Source: a virus
Taxonomy: Duplodnaviria; Caudoviricetes
IMG/VR virus record: IMGVR_UViG_3300037587_000500
Location: 1-42,379 of that record
DNA: 42,379 bases
Strand: one strand, 5' to 3'
Shown here: positions 34,914 to 42,379 of the stretch, piece after piece
Layout: each line of letters begins with the position of its first letter
Position numbering within the stretch: position 1 is the first letter of the stretch
Notes under the pieces: model-generated
Databases searched by the model: none
Told to the model about the DNA's origin: nothing
What the model saw: only the letters and a program-made list of their open reading frames with translations
Translations under genes and position numbers: made by a program

Positions 34914-36945
34914 GCAATGGTTTCACCAGCTTCTCAGCTTCCTTGATGTACCATTCGAAGTTCAGGTCACAGTAGTGACTCTGTTTATCGAGAACGTTCG
35001 CTGTGTGTTGATCCAAGTTGTTGCAGATCTGCACAGTCCAACCAGTGTTGATGCCCATCCGACGTTCCTCATACACTGACTTATTCTTGGTGTGCACTCG
35101 CTCATCCCACACACCCGGACCCACCTCAGCCATGACACCATCGAAGTGTGCGTCAGTCAGCTTGTTCGCACGCTTGAACTCACCCATCGGACCACCCGCA
35201 GGCATCACCTTCTCAAGCGGTCGACCCTCAGTGCTGATGTAATAGCGCACAATGTTGCTGACCTGCTCACCACCCCACTCGAGCATTGAGCTGCGGGGTA
35301 CCTTAGTGCGCAGAAAGAAGTCGAAGATGTCGTCATGACTGGTGATGAACTCGCGGATGTCTTCACCGCGCACCAGGGCGGCTTCAGCAGCCATTGCCAC
35401 CACGCGTGCTGACCAGTCTTTGTGATACGGCAGTTCACGGGTGCCGGGGTTCTCTTCGGCTGTCTCATAGGCATAGGCGCCGATGCGCTTCAGCTTGCCG
35501 CCCTGCTTCTCTGCCATGTAGCTGTTGACGTCCCTGATGAACATGCGGTCATACAACGCTTCCTCAAGCTCCAGGTTCGTGACCCCCTCCCACCAGGTAC
35601 AGACCGAACGGGTGTGCTCAACATACTCACGGGGGCACAGGTAAGTGATGCCGTCGGTGTTGGCTTGGATCATGCGCAACCCCGGCACCTTCAGCATCTG
35701 CTCAGCCAACATGCACAGCAGCAACTGACCATTGATGGTGATTGACATGGTGTATTGCAGGTCATAGAAGGGGCTGTATTCGTTACCGCTGCCACCGTAT
35801 GCACCGTTCAACGCTAGCTTAAATGCCTCGTTCTCAGGGGTGCCCTTGGGGTACGTCTTGCGGGTGTGGTAAACGCTCTGATACGCATCACAGAATGCTT
35901 GCCCCAAGTGAGCCGGGAACAGATGATTTTTGATGCCCAGGTTCGGATAGAAGCTGGCAACGTCAACATCAACGATCTGGTATCGGTCATCGCTGCAGAT
36001 GACCTGTGACTCAACCGATGCATGGATGCCGCCGGTGCCGAACTTATACGCCACACCGTCAACGTCAGCGATCAGACCTTTGAACACACCTTTGGTTTCA
36101 GTGATCACCTTCGACTGCAGGAACACCAGGATCTGCTGAAACTCGATCCGCTCGAATGACACATAGTCGAATATCACCTCAGCCAGATCGATGCGCTCAC
36201 GCTTGGTCTGACGCTTGACCTTCTTGTTACCCTCATACTCGAAGCAGGGGATGCCTGACTTCTCGATCTCAGTGACCAGGATCGTTTCACCGATCTTCAC
36301 GTCACTCATGTTCATCATGTTTTTGCCGAAGGTTTCACTGAGTCCTTCACGCATCCTGATCGCAGTCATCGTGCGGTCGCAGAACTTATCGGTGGCGTCG
36401 ATGTCGTGCCACATGTAGTCACCGAGTGCCTGGATCTGATCATCGGTGAGCACGGTGCCGACAGGAAACGGCAGATCTTCGATGTTGCTCATGCGCATGT
36501 TGAACTCGAGCACCTTCAGACCTGTCATCTTTGACGGGTTGTCGAAGTGGTGAATCTTGAACAGGTCGATCTGCGGCACCAGCCAATCGGATTCCCAAAC
36601 CATGTGCGAGAACCTTGCAGGACCGTGGGCGCCGATGATCGACATCGCCTTGTTGTAGATGTCGGTGTAGGTGATGCCGACGTGCTGATTCTTGTGGATG
36701 AAGTGAATCACCGGATAGTCGAACCCGAGGCTGTTGTATCCGACCATACGCACCTTGTGTTGACCCAGGATGTCGAGGAACAAGCAGAACATTCTGATGT
36801 CGTTGCGTCGGGTGCTGATCTCGAAGTACCACTTGCGCCGAGTCGTGCGATGCAGCAGCCCGATGGTGAATGCGTTTGGGAATGTCTCGATGTCATAATC
36901 GATATCGCCATCGGTGATGCCGAAGAGGAAGTCGGGGTTAGTCAT
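34906..36945 (-). CDS. Family-B-type DNA polymerase with 3'-5' exonuclease
   Basis: Exo motifs YDIET, GYNSLGFD, YMWHD; pol motifs DVASFYPN, KLALNGAYG, ANTDG. Confidence 0.92.
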   Translation of the reverse strand: MTNPDFLFGITDGDIDYDIETFPNAFTIGLLHRTTRRKWYFEISTRRNDIRMFCLFLDILGQHKVRMVGYNSLGFDYPVIHFIHKNQHVGITYTDIYNKAMSIIGAHGPARFSHMVWESDWLVPQIDLFKIHHFDNPSKMTGLKVLEFNMRMSNIEDLPFPVGTVLTDDQIQALGDYMWHDIDATDKFCDRTMTAIRMREGLSETFGKNMMNMSDVKIGETILVTEIEKSGIPCFEYEGNKKVKRQTKRERIDLAEVIFDYVSFERIEFQQILVFLQSKVITETKGVFKGLIADVDGVAYKFGTGGIHASVESQVICSDDRYQIVDVDVASFYPNLGIKNHLFPAHLGQAFCDAYQSVYHTRKTYPKGTPENEAFKLALNGAYGGSGNEYSPFYDLQYTMSITINGQLLLCMLAEQMLKVPGLRMIQANTDGITYLCPREYVEHTRSVCTWWEGVTNLELEEALYDRMFIRDVNSYMAEKQGGKLKRIGAYAYETAEENPGTRELPYHKDWSARVVAMAAEAALVRGEDIREFITSHDDIFDFFLRTKVPRSSMLEWGGEQVSNIVRYYISTEGRPLEKVMPAGGPMGEFKRANKLTDAHFDGVMAEVGPGVWDERVHTKNKSVYEERRMGINTGWTVQICNNLDQHTANVLDKQSHYCDLNFEWYIKEAEKLVKPLLD

Positions 36946-36959
36946 TGGTCGTCACCTCA

Positions 36960-37295
36960 TTATCTTTTTGGAGTGGTGCTGACTACGTCAAAAGACACTC
37001 GATGAATGCCTAGTCCACATCCAGGCGCACCCAGCACCACTTCAAAAAGACCCGACCGAAGCCGGGCTGGGTTGTTACTGCACTCGAACGAACGGGATGC
37101 CTCGTTGAGTTTTAGCATACTGCAGGGGCAAGTGAGGCATCCGGCGTAACTCACACCGCCGACATCCATGCGCTGACTGCGCTCATCTTCCAGGGATCGA
37201 CACACCATCGCATTCGGTGCGCGGACTGCCTGTCGCTGGCGTTTGGTGCGATGTCGACCGTTACCGGTCAGCTTGTTAGCAGGGTTGCGATTCAT
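36960..37295 (-). CDS. Hypothetical Cys-containing basic protein
   Basis: ORF track; AGGTGA RBS before ATG 37295; CLTCPC..C..C. Confidence 0.55.
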   Translation of the reverse strand: MNRNPANKLTGNGRHRTKRQRQAVRAPNAMVCRSLEDERSQRMDVGGVSYAGCLTCPCSMLKLNEASRSFECSNNPARLRSGLFEVVLGAPGCGLGIHRVSFDVVSTTPKR

Positions 37296-37339
37296 AATTA
37301 TCACCTAAGATAAAGCCCGGTGTGACCCAGGCACATTGA

Positions 37340-37694
<355 letters not shown>

Positions 37695-37711
<17 letters not shown>

Positions 37712-37913
37712 ATAATTCTCCAAGTTCTTCAGGTGCGATGATTCGCAGGTTGCCGCTGTTGAATGCAGTGATCATCTCACGCACTAACAGCTGGTAAGGT
37801 TTGCCGGCCACGCGGATCGACTTCTGTTTGAAAATCTCCAACTCTCTCGAATCAACCCGACAACGCAGATTGTCATCAAGATTGCTGGACTGTTCTACGG
37901 CATCGGTTGCCAT
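37695..37913 (-). CDS. Ribbon-helix-helix-like regulator
   Basis: NLRCRVD strand followed by two helices; 72 aa; first gene of the leftward operon. Confidence 0.6.
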
Positions 37914-38055
37914 GTTTCACCCTCTTCATTCGGTTAGCTTCTACTGACAAACCCGCAGTCAAGCGGGTTTGATGATTAGCTTATGAATTGGATTATTAAC
38001 TGTGCATGATCATACCCTCAGTTGGTTGCTTGCGTTTCTGCCTGTTTGGGATTTC

Positions 38056-38123
38056 ATCTTAGTTCTACAAATGCCCACATGTCAACGTAAATGTTTGACT
38101 TTGTTCTACAAGGGTCATACTAT
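38056..38123. promoter_or_regulatory. Back-to-back sigma70 promoters
   Basis: Leftward TTGACA(38085-80)-18-TAAGAT; rightward TTGACT(38095-100)-17-TACTAT; GTTCTACA boxes in both spacers. Confidence 0.7.
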
Positions 38124-38202
38124 GCAAGCTGACAGAAAGTGGTCGTCGGAGTAGTATGAAAAGTTCCGACAACGTATAGCAGATTCAGATGGTGACGGTA
38201 AC

Positions 38203-40869
38203 ATGGTGACAAATGATGAGTTCCTTCGAGTAATATTCGGTGCTGACGCACCCTGGTCACACGTCACAGCGTTCCCCTATGATCCCGGCAACATCCCCAA
38301 AGACAAGCATCTGATCGCATGGAAGGGTGACTATCACAGTCGTCAGACTCTGCCGCCAAACACCAACCAGTACTTCACCATCAGCGCGTTCTATTGTGAT
38401 GACCAGGGTCAGGCACGTCGGCGCAAAGCACTCTTCCGCTACACCCCTTGCATCGTGCTGGATGACGTGAAAGAAAAGCTGTCGATGACTGAGGTGCAGA
38501 AGCTACCACAGCCATCGTGGATACTGGAGTCATCAGCAGGGTCGGAGCAATGGGGCTACATCCTCGACACACCATGCGAAGACCGTGGCCGCGTTGAGAA
38601 CTTGCTTGATGGTTTGGTGGCGAACGGTCTGGCGCCTGACGGGAAAGACCCAGGCATGAAGGGGGTGACCCGCTATCTCCGGTTACCTGAAGGCATTAAC
38701 AACAAGGCGTCGAAGTTGGTCAACGGTCAGCCGTTCAATTGCCGGATGCTGCTGTGGGAGCCGACCCGACGGGTGACGATGGGGCAGCTTGCCGCACCGT
38801 TCGCTGTGGATCTGGATGCAGTACGGCGTGAGTCACGGGTCGACGGTGCTGCTGCGGTGAGCGACCATCCGCTGATCAACATTCCTGACATTATTTCAAT
38901 TAAAGAGGTGAGATCTGATGGTCGGTTTGATATTACGTGCCCTTGGGTATCCGAACATACTGGCGCCGATGACAGCGGGGCCGCGGTATTCACAAACGAA
39001 GACGGATCAATCGGATATAAATGTCACCACGGAAATTGTCAGTCTAAAACCGGAAAAGACCTGCTCAGGTTCATCGACAGTCAAATGCCAGGTTGGTCAC
39101 TGGGAACCCTGAAGAACTGGCAGGTGATGCGCAGCTTCGATTTACCCGGTGTGGAAGTCAGCTTCATGACGCCACGCGGCGCAACCGCTGCTGATGTGGT
39201 TGCTGCTGCAAAAGTGGGTGACGCAATCTTGGATCACCACGTCGCCGCCGGTGAATTCCCCACTGACGTCAGCTTCATGACCCCCGTGGTACCCGCACCA
39301 CCAGTTCAACCTATTGCAGTAGAGCCCGCGGCACTCACCGTCGACGCGATCCAGCATCTATGTGACATGCTGCGTCGGCAAATACCCGCCACTGCTGAGG
39401 CCCGGCAGGCTGCCGGCACCATGCTCAAGCACGTCGATGATATGCCGAAGATGGATCAGAAGCACTGGCATGAGCAGGTCTGCGACATCATGCGGTGGAG
39501 CAAAGCCGACTTCAGAGACATCATCAAGGATCTTCGGAAGGACTGGTACGTCGACAAGGTCAGCACGTCAGACTTCTATGACAACGTGGTGTATGTGAAA
39601 GAGCTGAACCAGTTCTACGACCTAAAGTCACGCATCTTTTTCACACCCGAAGCCTTCCAAAATTCGTTTGCTCATGAGGATGCTGAGGCACGCAAGATCG
39701 CGCTGCAGGATGGTCGGGTGCGCAAGGTCGACAAGCTGGACTACGCACCGAAAAATCCTGAGGTGTTCGTTGAAGGTCACATCATGTACGGCAACATGTG
39801 GAGTGATGCCGATCAGCCGAAGGGCATCCAGGGTGACATCAGTCGCTGGTACGACCACTTTGACGCGTTGGGGTGGGGTGAGCATCGCAAGCACATAGAG
39901 CAGTGGATGGCGTACACCCTGCGGCATCCTGATCGCAAGATCAATCACATGCTGCTGCTCGGCAGCGGTGAAGGGTGCGGTAAAGATTTCCTGCTATATC
40001 CGCTGGTCGAAGGCATGGGTGAGAACGCTGAAGTGATTAGTGGCGAAGAGTTGATCAGCGACTTCAATGAATACCTGCTGAGCACCAAGTACCTGCACAT
40101 CAACGAAGCAGAGCTGGGTGATCGACGTGAAGCGATGGCGGTCAGTAACAAACTCAAGCCGATCGCGTCAGCGCCACCGAACAGACTCGGTGTTAACCCG
40201 AAAGGTGTCAGACGCATCAAAGTGCGCAACATTGTCAACGGTAGCATGACCACCAACAGTCAGTTGCCACTGCGACTCAACGGTCCCAGTCGTCGATTCT
40301 TTGCGTTATGGTCTGACCTGAACACACGTGATGATCAGGGTCAACCACGTCAGGACTGGCTTGACTACTGGGAGGATCGCTGGTCGTGGATGCGTGCGGA
40401 CGGTTGGTTAAACGTGCTGCACTACCTGCACCATGAAGTCGACTTGACCGGGTTCAACCCTGGTGAAGCACCCCCAGTCACTGAGTTCCTGAAGGACATT
40501 CAAGAGTCGTCAAAGACACCTCAGCAGCAGACAATCGAGGCGTTCATTAGCAACCGCATTGGCATGTTCAAGTGTGATCTGCTCAGTGCTCAGGACATGA
40601 GTGACACCGTGAGAACTGAGGGTGTGTTCTCGACTAACAATGTTTATTGCGACGTGAAGTACCTGACACCTGTCGGCATCGGTCGGGCGTTGAGCAGTGC
40701 GGCAGGGGTGGTGCAACTCAGGGGTCGTCGGGATGATAGCCAGGTCCGACTGTACGCGATCCGCGACGCATTGAAGTATCAGGCGATGGGGTCAGCTGAC
40801 CTGTATCGAGAATATGAGCGACAGGTTGCAGCGGTGCGCGGCGCAACTCCTTTGACAGTGGTGAAGTAA
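38203..40869 (+). CDS. Primase-helicase (RepB-like AEP primase, Zn module, SF3/DUF5906-like helicase)
   Basis: CIVLDDV, ILESSAGSEQWGY, RYLRLPEG; CPW..H..CHHGNC; GSGEGCGKD, HINE, TTN, RRF. Confidence 0.9.
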   Translation: MVTNDEFLRVIFGADAPWSHVTAFPYDPGNIPKDKHLIAWKGDYHSRQTLPPNTNQYFTISAFYCDDQGQARRRKALFRYTPCIVLDDVKEKLSMTEVQKLPQPSWILESSAGSEQWGYILDTPCEDRGRVENLLDGLVANGLAPDGKDPGMKGVTRYLRLPEGINNKASKLVNGQPFNCRMLLWEPTRRVTMGQLAAPFAVDLDAVRRESRVDGAAAVSDHPLINIPDIISIKEVRSDGRFDITCPWVSEHTGADDSGAAVFTNEDGSIGYKCHHGNCQSKTGKDLLRFIDSQMPGWSLGTLKNWQVMRSFDLPGVEVSFMTPRGATAADVVAAAKVGDAILDHHVAAGEFPTDVSFMTPVVPAPPVQPIAVEPAALTVDAIQHLCDMLRRQIPATAEARQAAGTMLKHVDDMPKMDQKHWHEQVCDIMRWSKADFRDIIKDLRKDWYVDKVSTSDFYDNVVYVKELNQFYDLKSRIFFTPEAFQNSFAHEDAEARKIALQDGRVRKVDKLDYAPKNPEVFVEGHIMYGNMWSDADQPKGIQGDISRWYDHFDALGWGEHRKHIEQWMAYTLRHPDRKINHMLLLGSGEGCGKDFLLYPLVEGMGENAEVISGEELISDFNEYLLSTKYLHINEAELGDRREAMAVSNKLKPIASAPPNRLGVNPKGVRRIKVRNIVNGSMTTNSQLPLRLNGPSRRFFALWSDLNTRDDQGQPRQDWLDYWEDRWSWMRADGWLNVLHYLHHEVDLTGFNPGEAPPVTEFLKDIQESSKTPQQQTIEAFISNRIGMFKCDLLSAQDMSDTVRTEGVFSTNNVYCDVKYLTPVGIGRALSSAAGVVQLRGRRDDSQVRLYAIRDALKYQAMGSADLYREYERQVAAVRGATPLTVVK

Positions 40870-40880
40870 AGGTGACGATA

Positions 40881-41126
40881 ATGGATACTATTAAATGCGG
40901 GCGTGAAGTGTACGAGCTGGACAACGGAGATACTGTGCTGGACAACGGTTCGTGCTTGCAGTTGATTACTCGAACGGTCCGGCGGGGTTTCTATTCGCAC
41001 TCACCCCGAGTCTCCAAAGCTGCTTTTAAAGCGTTCAAAAAGAACGAGAATGTTAAGCAGAATTTAGATCACAGATATGGATCGAATGCGACGCTCTGGA
41101 CGTACACCCGCGTCGGTGCAAAATAA
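40881..41126 (+). CDS. Hypothetical protein
   Basis: ORF track; AGGTGA RBS. Confidence 0.65.
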   Translation: MDTIKCGREVYELDNGDTVLDNGSCLQLITRTVRRGFYSHSPRVSKAAFKAFKKNENVKQNLDHRYGSNATLWTYTRVGAK

Positions 41127-41130
41127 TTAT

Positions 41131-41160
41131 TTGACATGTGGAACATTGTGGTACTACACT
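41131..41160 (+). promoter_or_regulatory. sigma70 promoter for the early small-gene cluster, with TGTGGAACA box
   Basis: TTGACA-18-TACACT; spacer tgtggaacattgtggtac. Confidence 0.7.
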
Positions 41161-41191
41161 CAGTAAAACATTAACAACTGAGGTGACGAAC

Positions 41192-41548
41192 GTGAAAACT
41201 CAACCTGGGTACTTCTCTGATCTCAACGAAGAGATCGAAATCAACGTGCAGCACATGGCGCCAGTGACTCTGACACTGGGTCAGATCCTTGAACAGCAAG
41301 CCATGCTCACCGCCTTCCGGCACGCCAGCAACAGCATCGGCATAGCAACCGGTACCATCATCAGCCATGTCGCTCACGATGAAGCTGCGAAGTCGGTCAC
41401 CGGAGATCACTACTTCCTTGAGCTGATCGCTGAGTCTGAGCTGCGGTACAAGCGGTTGAAGGCTGCTGCTGAGGATGTGGTCGAGTCTCGTAACAGTGTG
41501 ATCCGGTCGGTTGAATCAATCGCTAAATTGTGGGAGCTACTGAAATGA
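41192..41548 (+). CDS. Hypothetical protein
   Basis: GTG after GAGGTG RBS, downstream of the promoter. Confidence 0.65.
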   Translation: MKTQPGYFSDLNEEIEINVQHMAPVTLTLGQILEQQAMLTAFRHASNSIGIATGTIISHVAHDEAAKSVTGDHYFLELIAESELRYKRLKAAAEDVVESRNSVIRSVESIAKLWELLK

Positions 41549-42015
41549 TCTGCCCGAAGTGCGACACCGGTGGTGGTCCCTGTTACTGCCAGCCGCCGAA
41601 GCTCAAGGTCACGTTCAACATGAAGGGTGGTGGTCGCATTACCACAACCGGGTTCAGTGACGCTGACTCAGCGATCGTTGGGCTGAACATATCACGTGAC
41701 ATGATCCGAACGACCAACACTGTCAGGCTACCATTGAAAATTCAACTGTCGTCTGCGTATGGTCATTTCGGTGTCGATCTGGCTGAGGGACCAGACACCA
41801 GCGCGACGATGACTATCAATCGATCCGGTCTGCCTGCTGAAGCGCTGGACATGTCAGGTATCAAGGCTGGTCAGCGCACATGGTCGATCAAGGCTCAGAC
41901 CATCTACACCTTGATCGAAGAGGTCATCAACGCCTACGACAACACTGTCAGCAAAGATCAGTTGATTGATGACCTGAACCAATACGCTGCGCAGCTGGCA
42001 AGAGGTGAGTTATGA
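41545..42015 (+). CDS. Mosaic hypothetical protein (Cys knuckle, PolB-motif-B-like and TerL-nuclease-like peptides)
   Basis: MICPKCDTGGGPCYC; LKIQLSSAYGHFGVDLAEGPD; ATGA overlaps at both ends. Confidence 0.7.
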   Translation: MICPKCDTGGGPCYCQPPKLKVTFNMKGGGRITTTGFSDADSAIVGLNISRDMIRTTNTVRLPLKIQLSSAYGHFGVDLAEGPDTSATMTINRSGLPAEALDMSGIKAGQRTWSIKAQTIYTLIEEVINAYDNTVSKDQLIDDLNQYAAQLARGEL

Positions 42016-42203
42016 GTGAATACCTCAAACTGATCCTGTTCCTCCTGGGTTTGATCTGCCTGTGCATGGTGGTCGCTGTCAGCTGGGTGAACATCATCCC
42101 CACGGCTGTGTTCTGGTTGACGCTGCACTTCCGCTGGCCTCTGGCGAATGTGCTGATGGGTAGCTGCTTTGACACGTGCGACCCTGCGGCGGGTGCTGTA
42201 TGA
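42012..42203 (+). CDS. Small membrane protein
   Basis: Long hydrophobic N-terminus; GAGGTG RBS. Confidence 0.55.
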   Translation: MSEYLKLILFLLGLICLCMVVAVSWVNIIPTAVFWLTLHFRWPLANVLMGSCFDTCDPAAGAV

Positions 42204-42379
42204 ACTGCCAAGCGGTGTACCAGCACGGCAACGATCAGTATGTCTGCACCCGCTGTGGGGTCAGCTGGGACCGTGACGATGAGGCGCCGGCGTGCAAGAC
42301 CAATGAGCAGTTGGGTCATGAGACTCTGGACAAACTGAAAGCTGAGGTAAGTAGCGCACCAACGTGCCAGGTGTGCTTC
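42200..42379 (+). CDS. 83-aa double zinc-finger protein spanning the circular join (continues to position 199)
   Basis: MNCQ..CTRCGVSWD...CQVC...CCGSC reads through the terminal repeat to TGA 197-199. Confidence 0.7.
   Translation, partial: MNCQAVYQHGNDQYVCTRCGVSWDRDDEAPACKTNEQLGHETLDKLKAEVSSAPTCQVCF
42253..42379. repeat. Terminal direct repeat copy
   Basis: Identical to 1..127. Confidence 0.95.

Noticed and set aside
42253-42379. Terminal repeat as a biological DTR
   Set aside because: Exactly 127 bp and in the middle of a gene; typical k-mer overlap of a circular assembly

Overview
The window looks like a complete, circularised ~42.25 kb dsDNA podovirus genome. Bases 1-127 recur exactly at 42253-42379, and an ORF reads through the join. 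On the + strand, 5034-31861 is a BPP-1/epsilon15-like morphogenesis and lysis arm: TerS, TerL, portal, scaffold, major capsid, cement, tail adaptor and nozzle, ejection proteins, a 2142-aa polyvalent protein, tailspike, DUF5675 endolysin and holin. On the - strand, 31858-37913 is a replication arm: SNF2 helicase, VRR-NUC nuclease, dUTPase, a family-B-type DNA polymerase and an RHH-like regulator. A divergent RepB-type primase/SF3 helicase follows, then a run of small, often Cys-rich early genes that wraps round the join. I recognised no integrase, CI repressor, tRNA, CRISPR array or reverse transcriptase. The most unusual items are: (1) an early protein carrying back-to-back copies of the phage's own PolB motif B and TerL nuclease motif, a possible decoy; (2) a lone counter-oriented gene for a three-repeat protein, with a near-consensus promoter inside a CGGCAC repeat field; (3) a GTA-like head spike carrying an SGNH esterase; (4) a TGTnnnACA operator shared by four promoters; (5) a stand-alone NAD-ligase Ia domain alongside a virion ART-like domain; (6) a perfect (CAGGAG)18 repeat where SSB and exonuclease genes seem to be missing. 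All family calls come from recognising motifs by eye; no database search was run.
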